Source: Eledone cirrhosa
Lineage: Eukaryota
NCBI GenBank assembly: GCA_964016885.1
Contig: OZ024746.1
Span: forward strand, 85,436,001-85,500,000
Length of the DNA stretch: 64,000 bases
Direction of reading: 5' to 3'
The position numbers were made by a program, and so were the translations under genes. This document shows positions 13,445-26,640 of this stretch, one piece after another. Numbering within the stretch: position 1 is the stretch's first letter; each line of letters opens with the position of its first letter. The notes below the pieces were generated by a model that worked only from the letters and a program-made list of their open reading frames with translations, was not told the DNA's origin and searched no databases.

Positions 13445-13690
13445 AAAATGGTGAGTAAATTATGAATAGTGGGTGAAATAGTGGATAAATAATTAACTGT
13501 GGGTATGATTGTGGATAAATTATGAATGGCGGGTAAACTGATGGGTAAATTATGAATTCAGGGTCAAAAAGTGAGTAAATTATGAATTGTGGGTAAAAGT
13601 TTGGGTAAATTATTAATCGGGGTAAAACGTGGGTAAATTATGATCGGGGTAAAATGGTGGTTAAATCATGACTCTGTGTAAAATGGTGAA
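13445..13690. repeat. Degenerate ~30-bp minisatellite (TGGGTAAATTATGAAT core, ~8 units)
   Basis: GGTAAATTATGA-like core recurs at ~30-bp spacing. Confidence 0.7.
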
Positions 13691-13851
13691 ATGGAGAGAG
13701 TACATCTGTATGTTTCACGATTTACTCCCCTTAGACTGTTAAATTGATCTTATACTAAATTTTTATTAGTGATTTCTTCTTTACTGTAATTAATATTGCA
13801 CGATTTCTACACATCAAAGCTGATTTCCCAATATTATCGTTTCTTATATCG

Positions 13852-14030
13852 GTGGATTGGCAGTATCGGTAGAGGGTCGGACGCCATGCTTTCCAGCATA
13901 GTTACGTCCCTTTACCATCTGAGTTCAAATCCCGCCGAGGTTGACTTTGCCTTTCATCCTTACGGGGTCGATAAAATAAAGTACCAGTAATGCACTGGTA
14001 ATTGCTGGCCTTGTGCCTAAAGTAGAAACA
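13852..14030 (+). mobile_element. Full-length SINE with 19-bp TSD
   Basis: ATTATCGTTTCTTATATCG at 13833-13851 and 14031-14049 flanks the SINE. Confidence 0.88.
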
Positions 14031-14584
14031 ATTATCGTTTCTTATATCGATAGGATACACGCTGATAATCTCCTCGAAAGTCGTCCAGCACTCTACTGAT
14101 TCACATATTGAGAAATGAGTTGTGGAATATCGGCGAGATAGCGTCACTTGCTGTGTAGTTAGTTACTATGGTGATATCTTTCACAAATCGTCGCCAGTAC
14201 TTTACTGGTACTTTAAAGCATGAAAGGCAAAGCTGAGCCAGACAGGATTTGAACTCAGAACGTAGAGAGCAGAAAAACTACTGCTATGTATTTATCCGAG
14301 GTTCAAACGATTCTGCCAATCTATCGCCTGTTAGCATCAATAAGCTAGTTGATAAAATAATTGTTTCTACTTTTGGCACAAGACCAGCAAATACCCAGTG
14401 CATTACTGGTACTTTATTTTATCGACCCCGTAAGGATGAAAGGCAAAGTTAACCTCGGCGGAATTTGAACTCAGAATGGCAAGGGCCGTAACTCTATGCG
14501 TCAAAGCATGGCGTCCGACTCTCTACCGATACTGCCAGTCGACCGAACAAGTGATAACGATAGTTTGTCGGAATATTATCACCA

Positions 14585-14657
14585 GCCGAAATAGCTCAGT
14601 TGGGAGAGCGTTAGACTGAAGATCTAAAGGTCCCTGGTTCAATCCCGGGTTTCGGCA
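14585..14657 (+). tRNA. trnF-GAA: tRNA-Phe (GAA)
   Basis: Canonical metazoan tRNA-Phe GCCGAAATAGCTCAGTTGGGAGAGCGTTAGACTGAAGATCTAAAGGTCCCTGGTTCAATCCCGGGTTTCGGCA, with a downstream T-tract. Confidence 0.98.
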
Positions 14658-15066
14658 TCCGGTGGCTGGTCTAGTTATTTTGCTTTATCCTTTTTTTTTT
14701 CTCTCTTTAGAGAAACATTATTTTAAATTATTATTATTAATATATTTTTTAATTGATCACGTGAGTATATCAACCGAGCTTCAATACAATGGTTCAACTA
14801 TTCTATCTTAACACTGGAATCTGGTCCATCGTCAAGAAAAGGCATTGGGAAGCACTGACCCTTCTGCCATAATTTTCAATTATCATTTTTAATTTTTTTT
14901 TTTAGTTCAAAATAACATAGAACAAGCATATACCAAAAACACAAAGAAAAAGTCCTGAAACACGTTGCTTGAAGTCTTGATTTTAACAACTTTTCTTCTC
15001 AAAACAAGAATATAGAACAGAAATATGCAAAAAACACTTTGACAACGATAGTTTGAGGTTCTGCCA

Positions 15067-15139
15067 GCCGAAATAGCTCAGTTGGGAGAGCGTTAGACTG
15101 AAGATCTAAAGGTCCCTTGTTCAATCCCGGGTTTCGGCA
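15067..15139 (+). tRNA. trnF-GAA: tRNA-Phe (GAA), T-stem G>T variant
   Basis: Full length; CCTTGTTC instead of CCTGGTTC. Confidence 0.85.
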
Positions 15140-15496
15140 TCCGGTGGCTGATAGATCTGTGTAAATATATATTTTTGCTTTACATTTTTATTTTCGAGTG
15201 AAACATTTTTTAAAATTATTATTATTATTTTTTTTTTTTTATAGACCAAATATTCCGTCTCTTTTTCCTCACTGACACTGGAATTATAAATCTTCAACCT
15301 TAGTATGCCTAACGTCGAACTCTTTGCTCAATACTCTCAAGCAATTTCTCCACACGCCGAACTCCTTTCTCTCAGTATTTCATCACACAGCGTTGCATTT
15401 TCTGAAGGAAGCTATTGCCTTATACAAGCTGTCATAAATAAAACAGTTGATACACAATTCAAGTGACATCAATAAAATCAACATTGTATTTTACCA

Positions 15497-15569
15497 GCCG
15501 AAATAGCTCAGTTGGGAGAGCGTTAGACTGAAGATCTAAAGGTCCCTGGTTCAATCCCGGGTTTCGGCA
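15497..15569 (+). tRNA. trnF-GAA: tRNA-Phe (GAA)
   Basis: Identical to consensus. Confidence 0.98.
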
Positions 15570-15881
15570 TCCGGTGGCTGGTCTGAATGTTTTGCTCTAT
15601 TATTTTTCTCTTTATAGAGAAATTATTCTTATTTATTATTATTTAATATTTTTTTTTAATTCAAGTCACATGAGGATCAACCCAGCTTCAATCCAAAGGT
15701 CCAACTATTCGATCTTCACACTGGAAGAAAAGGCACTGGGTAGCACTTCATCCGCCGTCAACCATTCATACTTTTCAATTATTTTAAATATATTTTTAGT
15801 TCAAATCATATCAGCATCAACCCATTTTTAAAAGAATATTTGGTATAGTCAACACTTCAAAGATCGTATTTCAAGACAAAT

Positions 15882-16007
15882 AAATAATTGTTTCTACTTA
15901 GGCACAAGGCCAGCAATTACCCAGTGTATTACTGGTACTTTAAAATAAAGTACCAGTAATACACTGGGTAATTGCTGGCCTTGTGCCTAACGTAGAAACA
16001 ATTATTT
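15882..16007. repeat. Near-perfect palindrome of two SINE 3' halves
   Basis: ~60-bp arms, 3-nt loop, one 1-nt bulge. Confidence 0.9.
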
Positions 16008-16251
16008 TTTTTTTTTTAAATATATTTCATAAATCTCAGGGTACACCATTGAAAGGTTGGAGTGATGCGTTGTCCACCAGTGCCTTCTGACAATGGGTTC
16101 GAATCTAGTCCTAACAAGATGGGATAGATAGACGTTTGAATTAAAGCTGGTTGTGATTTGAACTTCAAAAAATATTAATAATATTAATTGAAAAGAATAT
16201 TTCTCTAAAGAGAAAAAACGGTAGAACAAGCGTTTTAGGCTAGCCAGAGGT

Positions 16252-16324
16252 TGCCGAATGCCGGGCCTGATAGAGAAACCTTTAGTTCTTCAGTCTAACA
16301 CTCTCCCAACTGAGCTATATTGGC
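16252..16324 (-). pseudogene. tRNA-Phe pseudogene
   Basis: Many substitutions; T-arm/B-box destroyed. Confidence 0.85.
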
Positions 16325-17142
16325 TGGTTGAAGCTTTTCATGAAATCATCGAGATCATTTGTATTGTTTTAGCAACAGGCTTACTTATGCTAGCAGGAGG
16401 GTGGACTGTCGGAACTGTTAGAGCGTCGGCAAATGCCTAGGAGTCTTTTTCCGACTTCTTACGTTCGGAGTTAAATACGGCCATGCTCACATTTACCTTT
16501 CATCAGTTCGAGATTGAAGAAAGTTAACATAATACATTACAGTGTTATCATCAAATATCAACCAAGATATAAAAAAAATCTTAGATATGCGATAAACATA
16601 ACGTACATAAATTGTAGCACATATACAAATAGATATGTGTTTTTGGTAGTTTGGGGAGAAAATATATAATTATGGGGGGGGGGGGGGGCTGCCCCTGACC
16701 CCATCCCCCAGTTCCACCGCCCCTGCTTCCCAGAATATTGTGAAGCCCAACCGAGCGCCAAACCTGCTGACAGGCGTGACTGTAGTTATGAATCTTCAAC
16801 CTCACAACGAACTAACCTCAAACTCTTTCTCTCCGGTTTCCCTCAGTCTCAAACTATTTCTGCTCCCCAGCACTTCACTTTTCTCTTTGTAACACTAAAC
16901 TGACAATTATTTATATCTTTCAAGCTAGCAAAAAGAATCAAATCAAGCACAGTACTTGACTGGTACTTTATTTTATCGACACTGAAAGGATGAAAGGCAA
17001 AGTTGAGCATAGTAGATTTGAACTCAGAAATAAAGAACAGGAAAAATAACTGTTATGTATTTGCCCGACGTTCTCACGATTTTGCTAATCCACTGTAAAA
17101 CAATACAAGTGACAACGATAGTTTCATCAATAAATTCCATCA

Positions 17143-17215
17143 GCCGAAATAGCTCAGTTGGGAGAGCGTTAGACTGAAGATCTAAAGGTCCCTGGTTCAA
17201 TCCCGGGTTTCGGCA
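17143..17215 (+). tRNA. trnF-GAA: tRNA-Phe (GAA)
   Basis: Identical to consensus. Confidence 0.98.
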
Positions 17216-17484
17216 TCCGGTGGCTGATCTACTTTTTTCTTTTTTTTTTTTTGCTTTGTATTTTTGCTCTACTTTCTTTTCAATAGAGAAATATACTTTT
17301 CAAGGCAGTATCGGTAGAGGGTCGGACGCCATGCTTTGACATATAGAGTTACGGCCCTTGCCATTCTGAGTTCAAATCCCGCCGAGGTTAACTTTGCCTT
17401 TCATCCTTACGGGGTCGATAAAATAAAATACCAGTAATGCACTGGATAATTGCTGGCCTTGTGCCAAAAGTAGAAACAATTATT

Positions 17485-17650
17485 ACTAGATGAGAGCGAT
17501 GCCCTCTCTCTCTTTCTATCTATCTACCTCTTTCTATTACCTCGAAAACACATGGCGTTCCCTTTTCTCTCTGTGTTTATGTTTATATCTCTCGCGTGGC
17601 GGACGGAGGAACGAACGGACAGAGAGAGACAACGCTCTTATTATACATTA
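17485..17650 (-). mobile_element. Non-autonomous Helitron-like repeat
   Basis: Begins ACTAG (3' CTAG on the minus strand). A second copy at ~19950-20170 has a minus-strand 5' TCTATATTATAATAAGAGC start followed by (TGTC)n. Confidence 0.5.
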
Positions 17651-18792
17651 AATTATGTGTTTTGTTTTAGTTCACTTCACAACTTTTTTTTTATATCACA
17701 TTAATGTTTAATCACTGCAGAGACATCTTTTCAATTTTTGTTATTATTTTTATTAGTGAAGGCAGTGGAATGGCAATGTCGGGAGAAAGTCGGACAACAT
17801 GCTTTGCATCATATAGTTGCGTCCCTTTGCATTCTGAGTTCAATTTCCGCTGAGGTTAGCTTTAGCTTTCATCCTTACGGGGTCGATAAAATAAAATACC
17901 ACTAAAACACAGGAGTCGATTTAATTACTTTCCCCCATCCCTTCAAATTGCTGGATTTGTGCAACATGTAAAAACAACCGGTACCCTTCGTAAAGATGGG
18001 GTGCACCCACACCCACAACACTAACAATTATAGAGTGTACTATGTCTATATACACATACATAGATATATTGACAGTGGTAGAAAATGAAAAAGAAATCGA
18101 CAAGAGAAAGAGAGAGTATATGACATGATATTGATGATATGAAAAAAGATACAAACTTATTTTGAAGCTTCAAATTTACTACCTTTTTTTAAAAACGCAA
18201 TTTCAAAATATTGTTTCTACTTTTGGCACAAGGCCAGCAATTATCCAGTGCATTACTGGTACTTTATTTTATCGACTCCGTAAGGATGAAAGGCAAAGCT
18301 AACCTCGGCGGGATTTGAACTCAGAACTTAAAGAGCCACAACTATGCTGCAAAGCATTTCTCCTCCTCCAAAAATTGTTGGCCTTGTGCTTATATCAGAA
18401 ACAATTATTATGACATCTTTATTCATTATTGTATTGTACATATTTTATTATGTTTCGTGTAATTAAAACAAACGGACAAAGTTTATTAAAATATTAAAAT
18501 TTTCCGACAACAATTGTTTCTTGTTTTTTTTGTTTTTTTTGTTTTTTTTTTGTTTTTTTTTTGTTTTTTTTTTGGGGGGGGGGGGGGGCAGCTATACGCC
18601 ACTGATGACTGGTGCTTTACTTTATCGAACTCAAAAGGACGAAAGGCAAAGTTGACATCGGGGGATATAAACTCAAAAGAACCAAAAAATCTGTCAAACA
18701 ACTTTGCTAATCTACCGTCTGCTATAGCATAAGTAACCCAATCGATAAACGATTAGAAATGACAACGATACTTTCAAAGAAAGTTGTCACCA

Positions 18793-18865
18793 GCCGAAAT
18801 AGCTCAGTTGGGAGAGCGTTAGACTGAAGATCTAAAGGTCCCTGGTTCAATCCCGGGTTTCGGCA
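18793..18865 (+). tRNA. trnF-GAA: tRNA-Phe (GAA)
   Basis: Identical to consensus. Confidence 0.98.
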
Positions 18866-19643
18866 TCCGGTGGCTGGTCTACTAACTTTTCTTTTTGTTA
18901 CAATATTGTTTAATTACTGCAGAAATATCCTTTTCAATTATTATTATTTTATTACTGGTTCTTTATTTTATCGACCACGTAATTAATTAAGCATTAAAAT
19001 GTTAATTTTTTTAAAAAATAGAATCTTGTCGAATCTTTTCGTAGGCTCCATGTACTCAAAGATTTTGTTTATAGTTGATAGATCTTTTATAATATAGATT
19101 ATTTATTATTTCCGATGACACCTGTGGTGTGAGACTGATTGACGCAATTACAATGTGCATCAAAAAGAATCCTCCGATTTCATTTAAACAAATAAACATA
19201 ATCATACGGTAACTTGTACAATACATGTCTGAACATAACATTTTATTTACAATGTTTTAATAAATGTTTAACATGCTCACCTCCGAACATACAGTAGTCA
19301 AACTCGTTTCAAACTCATCTGAGTATGTCTAATGATTTTATTTTTACACTTTGTATTTTTGTATATTATATTTTATAAGGTTCCTAGCAATAATTAATTG
19401 ATTTCATGTATGTACAATATAACAAATATTTGTTATATTATAATGTTATTAATACAATTGTGAATAAAATTTTGTAAACACACAAAAAAATATATTGAAA
19501 TTAGTTTGTAATAAAGGAAAAAGCCATAACTTTCTCAATAATTCTTATTTTTAAAGGAAATTTTACAGATAGATTTTCTATAATGCCTGATTCTTTTTTC
19601 TTTTTCTTCTTTTCATATCCTTTTTTTTTTCCCTTTAATAATG

Positions 19644-19770
<127 letters not shown>

Positions 19771-20453
19771 AACAGCTTTGTAAAAATAAAAGGAAGAAAA
19801 TGTGTTTCTATCATATCAGAATCAACCTAGCTTCAATTCGAAGATCCACCTTTTCTATCTTGTTCACACTGGATTCGGGCCTATCTCCATGAAAGGTCAC
19901 TCAGTGACAGTGACTCCACCCATGCCACCCGAAATTTTAATCGGTGCGTCCTAACATATCTCTCGCTTGGCGCTGCTCCTCTCTCTATATAAATGGGGGT
20001 GACGTCATAACTTTCTGTCTATTTACCTCTTTCTATCACCGCGAAAACTCACGGCGTTACCTTTTCTCTCTATCTATGTACATATCTCTTGCTTGGCGCT
20101 CCCCCTCTCTATATAAAGTAAGCTTGATGGACGGAGGGACAGACAGACAGTGCTCTTATTATAATATAGATTAATTTTTTATTTTTTTGGAGGGGGGGGG
20201 GGGTATCATAGTATTGTTTTATCACTGCAAAGACATCCTTCGCACTTATTATGTTTTGGCTAGTGAGGGCGATGGATTGACAGTTTCGGAAGAACGTCGG
20301 ACAATATGTTTTGCGGCATATAGTTACGTTCTTTCACATTCTGAGTTCACATTCCACCGAATTTAGCTTTGCCTTTCATCCTAACGAGGTCGATAAAATA
20401 AAGTACCAGTAAAGCACAATTCACAACGATAGTTTCTCGGAGAGATTTCACCA

Positions 20454-20526
20454 GCCGAAATAGCTCAGTTGGGAGAGCGTTAGATTGAAGATCTAAAGGT
20501 CCCTGGTTCAATCCCGGGTTTCGGCA
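20454..20526 (+). tRNA. trnF-GAA: tRNA-Phe (GAA), C32U variant
   Basis: Anticodon loop TTGAAGA instead of CTGAAGA. Confidence 0.92.
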
Positions 20527-21354
20527 TCCGGTGGCTGGTTCATTCTTTTTGTTCTATTTTATTTCTATTACATCAGAATCAAGCCAGCTTCAATCCAAAG
20601 GACCACTCATCCCATCTTCTTAACACTGGATTCGGGTCCATCTGTGTGACACTCTCTCCGCCCAAACCTTTAATGTTGCGCACTGAGATTTAGAAAATAC
20701 GTTGTTGTTTGTTTGATTTTTTTTAAGTAACGTTCTTTGAAGTCTTCACTCTACTAACTATTCTTCTCAAAACAAAAATATGTTTAACAATATATAAACA
20801 AATGGTTAACCAAAGAAGTGGGTAAAAAATTCCCTAGGGAATCAGTGCCCCCCCCCCCCCCCCCCCCGAATATTGGGAAGCCTCACTGAGCTCCAAAGCC
20901 TATCAATTGATGAGACTGTATGAGAAATCTTAGTATGAACTAAACTCAAACTCTTTCTCTTCGGTTTGCCTCATAGTCTCAAACTAATTCTGCGCTCCCA
21001 TACTTTATTTTTCTGTTGGTAACACTGAGCACCAAACCTGGCGATAAGTGAGACTGGATTGAGAAATCTTCAAACTTACAACGAACTAATCTCATCTCTG
21101 TGATAGATTTTAGCATTTATACTAGAAATTGATAGGCTGTGTAGTGAAAAACTGAGAGAAAGAGGTGGAGGGAGAAGTGTGAGCAAAAATAAGACCACGA
21201 TACAAAAAGCAGAGAAAAAGTTTGAAGTTAATTATAGCATGGTTGAAATTTTATGAATCTAGTTACGTTTATCACCCGAAAGGATGAAAAGAAAAGTTGA
21301 ACCAGGCAGGAGTAAAATAAAAGTAAAGCAAAAAGTATTTTATCAGCCACCGGA

Positions 21355-21427
21355 TGCCGAAACCCGGGATTGAACCAGGGACCTTTAGATCTTCAGTCTA
21401 ACGCTCTCCCAACTGAGCTATTTCGGA
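21355..21427 (-). tRNA. trnF-GAA: tRNA-Phe (GAA), G1U variant
   Basis: Full length; the first base pair is disrupted. Confidence 0.82.
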
Positions 21428-21767
21428 TGATAGAATCTTTTTATCAAACTATCGTTGTCAGTCAATTTGTTTTATCAATTGGTTTATTTACACTAGCAGT
21501 CACAGAAACAAGCGGCGAAATGTGATTCCTCCGAAGGGTCTTTCGTGTAATGTTACTCGATAAAGTGCGTAGCTTGGAGATCAGAAAGTCGCTCCAGGTA
21601 AAGCCGCTACTTCTCTGAATTGAGAGATCACAGCTCCTATATTACGGGCATGTGGTTAGAATGTCGAAGAAAAGAATCGCTGGACAGATTTTATCAAAAT
21701 CGAAAACTATATTTTTCTATAGGAAAAAAAAAAAAGGTAAAGCAAGAGATTCAGACCAACCACAGGA

Positions 21768-21835
21768 AGCCGAAACCCGGGATTGAACCAGGGACCTTTA
21801 GATCTTCAGTCTAACGCTCTCCTACCTATTTCGGA
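21768..21835 (-). pseudogene. tRNA-Phe pseudogene
   Basis: Deletion in the D-arm/A-box and altered ends. Confidence 0.85.
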
Positions 21836-22277
21836 TAATGGAATCTCTTCATGAAACTACGCTTGTCAGTCAATTGGTTTTATCAATTGGCTTATTTACA
21901 CTAGCAGGCGGTGAATTAGCAAAGTTAAACTGTCAGACAGGTAGAGCCGCTACTTCTCCGTATTGGGAGATCACAGCCCCTATATTACAGGCATGTGGTT
22001 AGAATGTCAAAGGAAAGAATCGCTGGACAGATTTTACGGACAAAACATAAGGTAGGAGAGCCAGGTGTAGACCCCGAGCAAGAGGCTTAAATAACATCCA
22101 TGAGCTTGGCTGATTTTGCTTGGGTATCCAGCCGATCAGTTGGAGACAGTTGCTTCTGACAGCACCCGTTGGAAGGAGTTTTAGGGGACTAAAAAAACAT
22201 TAATAATAAAAATTGAAAACTATATTTTTCTATAGGGAAAAAAAAAGTAAAGCAAAAGATTCAGACCAGCCACCGGA

Positions 22278-22350
22278 TGCCGAAACCCGGGATTGAACCA
22301 GGGACCTTTAGATCTTCAGTCTAACGCTCTCCCAACTGAGCTATTTCGGC
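22278..22350 (-). tRNA. trnF-GAA: tRNA-Phe (GAA)
   Basis: Identical to consensus. Confidence 0.98.
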
Positions 22351-23216
22351 TGGCGTTAGCTTTCTATCAAACTATCGCTGTCAATCGTATAGTTTTATCA
22401 ATTATGTTATTTACGCTAGCAGTCGGTGGATTGGCAAAAACATTAGTGCGTCGTACAAATGCGTAGCATAATTTTTCCTGCTGCTTTGCAGCATAGAGGT
22501 ATTTACGTTCTGGGTTCAAATCTCGCCCTGGTTACCTTTACCTTTCATCCTTACGGGGTCGATAAAATAAAGCACCAGTAATGCACTGGGGTAATTGCTG
22601 GCCTTGTGCTAGAAGTAGAAACAATTATTTTTGCTGCTCTTTATGTTCTGAGTTAACCATCGTGCTCAACTTGGCCCTTCATCCTTTCCTGGTTGATAAA
22701 ATAAAGTACCAGTCAAATACTGTGGTCGGTTTGGTTCTTTATGCTAGCTTGAAAGATATAAGTAATTGTCAGTTTAGTGTTAAAAAGAGAAAAGAGACGT
22801 GGTTATGAGGCAGACCGCAGAGAAAGAGTTTGTAATTAGTTCATAGTAAGGTTGAAGATTTCTCAATCCAGTCTCGTCTGTCACCAGGCTTTGGTGTTCA
22901 GTGGGACTTCACAATATTCTGGTTGGACACTGATTCTCTAGAGAATTTTCTTATCAACTTCTTTCGTTAACCTTTGGTTTATATATTCTAAAATATTTTT
23001 TGTTTTATATTCTAGTTTTGGGAAGTATAGTTAGCAAAGTGAAGAAAGTATTTCAGGATATTACTTTTTAAAAAAACTGCATCATTAGAATCAGGGGTAT
23101 GGGCTGTGTCACCCACTGCCCTTAATGGGGCCGAAAAGGTGGACCTTCAAATTGAAGCTGGTTTGATTCTGATATGATAGAGAAAAATAGAGCAAAAGTT
23201 ACAAACAGGTATCGGA

Positions 23217-23289
23217 TGCCGAAACCCGGGATTGAACCAGGGACCTTTAGATCTTCAGTCTAACGCTCTCCCAACTGAGCTATTTCGGC
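23217..23289 (-). tRNA. trnF-GAA: tRNA-Phe (GAA)
   Basis: Identical to consensus; divergent 3' trailer. Confidence 0.97.
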
Positions 23290-23609
23290 TGATGGAATCT
23301 TAGGATGAAACTATCGTTATCAAGACTTCAATGAAACTATCATTGTCAGTCAATTTGTTTTATGATTGGCTTATTAACACTAGCAGGCGGTGGATTAGCA
23401 AAGTTAAACTGTCAGATAAATAGGCAGCAGTATTGGCTCTTTTGATCAACTTAATAGCTCACTCTTCTCAAAACTAGAAGATAGAACAGGAATATATTTT
23501 AAATATATATAAGGAAAAGGGTTTCAGACTATTCTGGGTGAGCACTGATCCACAAAGGGATTTTTTCACTCGCTTCTTTCGTTAACTTTTTATTTGTGTA
23601 TTTTGATCG

Positions 23610-23644
23610 TCAGTCTAACGATCTCCCAACTGAGCTATTTCGGC
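23610..23644 (-). pseudogene. tRNA-Phe 5'-half fragment
   Basis: Only the 5' half, up to the anticodon loop, is present. Confidence 0.85.
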
Positions 23645-24280
23645 TGATGGAATTAGGAGGTGAAGCTATCGATGTCAGTTGTATTGTTGTATCGATTGGA
23701 TTAAATTGGGTAGCGTGAACGATGAAAGTAAATATAACTTCAGAGTTTCCAACATTGCAAGACCGTTTAGTGGGAAACAGAAGGATATGAGAGGCAGGGG
23801 GGGGGGGGGGTATTTGATACGACGAGACAAATCAGACAAAGTGTTTCAAGTTAGGCATAGTAAGGTTAAGGTTGATGATTTATAAATCCTGTGTTAGCGA
23901 AGAAAACGAGATGGAGTAGTTGGGCCTGCCTTTAAATTGAAGCTGGGAACCCGTCCGTCTATTGTGGTTCCTCCATTCCAGAACACCCGCTTCCTACCTG
24001 AGTGTCCCCAAACTGACGGCTTGGGGGGGGGGGGGGGGGGTTAACTTAAAAACGAATAATTTCCAACGGTTTTGAAAGTCAGCTTCGTTCAAAACGCTAC
24101 AAAGAACATAAGAAAAACTTTATCTTGAATGGTAGTCGGATAAAATAGTAAACATTTTAAAATAGATAAAATTTTAAAATAGATAAATTTTTTAAATAGA
24201 TACAATGTTTAAATAGATAACATTTTTAATATAAATAAAATTCAGAAAATAAACCAAAAAATAATTGGCCAGCCACCGGA

Positions 24281-24353
24281 TGCCGAAACCCGGGATTGAA
24301 CCAGGGACCTTTAGATCTTCAGTCTAACGCTCTCCCAACTGAGCTATTTCGGC
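24281..24353 (-). tRNA. trnF-GAA: tRNA-Phe (GAA)
   Basis: Identical to consensus. Confidence 0.98.
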
Positions 24354-25651
24354 TGGTAATAACTTTCTCTGAATATCTTGATGTCACTTGTATCTTTTTA
24401 TCAATTGGTTATTTATATTAGCAGGTGGTGGATTGACAGAATCGTTAGAGCATCGAACAAATACGTTCAAATCAGTATTTATCCTGCTCCTAACGTTCAA
24501 ATTTTACTTCAAATTTTACCTGGCTCAACTTCATCTTTCGTCCTTTAGGGGTTGATATACTAGGGGTGATTTAATTATTTAGTTAATTATATTTATTATA
24601 TGTGCTTGTATTTGTGTTTATATTTGCATTCTGAAAGAATTGTGAACAATCTGTAATGTTATTTCTACAACTTTGAAGAAAAGAGCAATACATTTCATTA
24701 TTTGTGCTAGAGTTAAGAGTTCCAACAGAACATATATGGCTGTGTAGTGACAAAGTGAGAAAAATGAGGTGGGGATAGTAGCAATGGTTTGAGACTTTAA
24801 CAGACCTGCTAACCTCTAAAAACACAAACGGGGACTACCATGAAAAACAAGTACCCTAAAACGGGAAGAAATTAGACAAAATGGAGAAATTTCACATAAT
24901 GAAAGCTATACCTATTTTCACAGGAGAAGACATCTCTCACCCACCCCAAAGTGGGTGGGACATCTTCCTGTCGGAAGGTAAACCACAGAGAAAGAGTTTG
25001 TTGTGAGGTTGAAGAATATTTATGCTAGTATGAACGATTAAAGTAAAGATAAATCGAGAGTTTCCAACAGAAAGAGCAAGACTGTGTAGTGGAAAACTAA
25101 AGGATAGACACTACGAGACAAATCATATAAAATGTTTGAAGTAAGGCATACTAAGGTAGATGATTTATAAATCCTGTGTTACTGAGGAAAACGATATGGA
25201 ATAGTTTAGTTGGGCCTTCCTCTCAATTGTAGCTGGGTGGATTCTGATGTGATTTCAACGATAGGAATAATAAGAATAATAACTGAAAAAAGATTGTTTG
25301 GTAAATTTTCATCAATGTTTCTGTTTCCCTTTTGGAGGTGATATTTATATTTCTCGTGTGATTTTTCGTGTGTTTTCAACGATTCTCAACTTCAAACCCG
25401 TCCAGCCTTTGTGGGTCCCCCACTGCAGAACACACGGTTTCCACCAATGTATCCCCAAACTGGCAATTAGAGGGAGGGTTAACTTAAAAGGAATAATTTC
25501 CGACGGTTTTGAAAGTCATCTTCGTTTGAAACGCTTCGAAAACCATAAGAAAAACAAATTTTCCTCGAAAGGTAACGGGATATAATAATAATAATTTACT
25601 GAATGTTTCTCTATACAAAAACTAAAGCAAAATAGTAGATCAGCCACCGGC

Positions 25652-25724
25652 TGCCGAAACCCGGGATTGAACCAGGGACCTTTAGATCTTCAGTCTAACG
25701 CTCTCCCAACTGAGCTATTTCGGC
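25652..25724 (-). tRNA. trnF-GAA: tRNA-Phe (GAA)
   Basis: Identical to consensus. Confidence 0.98.
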
Positions 25725-26567
25725 TGACAGAATAGTTTCTTGAAGCTATCGTTGTCATTTGTATTGTTTTATCAATTAGGTTATTTATACTACCAGACGG
25801 AGGATTAGCAAGATCGTTAGAACGTCAGACAAAGAAGAAACAGTATTATTCCTGCTTTTTATGTTCTAAGTTGAAATCTTCAGATTTTGAGCTCAAATCC
25901 TGCTTGGCTCAACTATGCCATTTATCCCTTAGGGTTAATAAATAAAGTGCAATTCAATTTGATTCTATATGTTAGGGTCAAAGATATAAGTAAATGTGAG
26001 TTAAGAGTTTCCAATAGAAAATGCAAGGTTATGTAGTCAGAAATTGAGAAAAATGAGGTGGAGAAGCAGAAATAGTTTGAGACTCTGAGGAAGACCGCAA
26101 AGAAAGAGTTTGAGGTTAGTTCATTGTAAGGTTCCACATGAATACAGTTCCACTTGTCACCAGGCTTTGATGTTCTGTAGGTCTTCAGAATATTCTGGGT
26201 GGACACTGATCCCCTAGTCAATTTTTCAGCAGCTCCATTGGTTAAATTTTTGTTTGTGATTTTTGTATATTTTTGTTCTATGTTCTTGTTTTGAGAATGA
26301 TAGTTATTAAAATCAAGACTTCAAGCAACGTATTTCAGAAACCCTGTTTTCTAGTTCTCAGTGCGACCCATTGAAAGATTTAGGCGGGGGAGGGATTGCT
26401 ACTCAATATCTTTACTTGACGATAAGCCAGATTCCAGTGTTAAGATCGAATAGTTGGACCTTTGGAGTGAAGTTGGGTTGATCCTCATGTGATTTGAACT
26501 AAAGAAATATTAATATTTAATAAGAATTTTTCTGTAAAGAGAAAAAAAAAGTAGACCAGCCACCGGA

Positions 26568-26640
26568 TGCCGAAACCCGGGATTGAACCAGGGACCTTTA
26601 GATCTTCAGTCTAACGCTCTCCCAACTGAGCTATTTCGGC
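26568..26640 (-). tRNA. trnF-GAA: tRNA-Phe (GAA)
   Basis: Identical to consensus. Confidence 0.98.
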
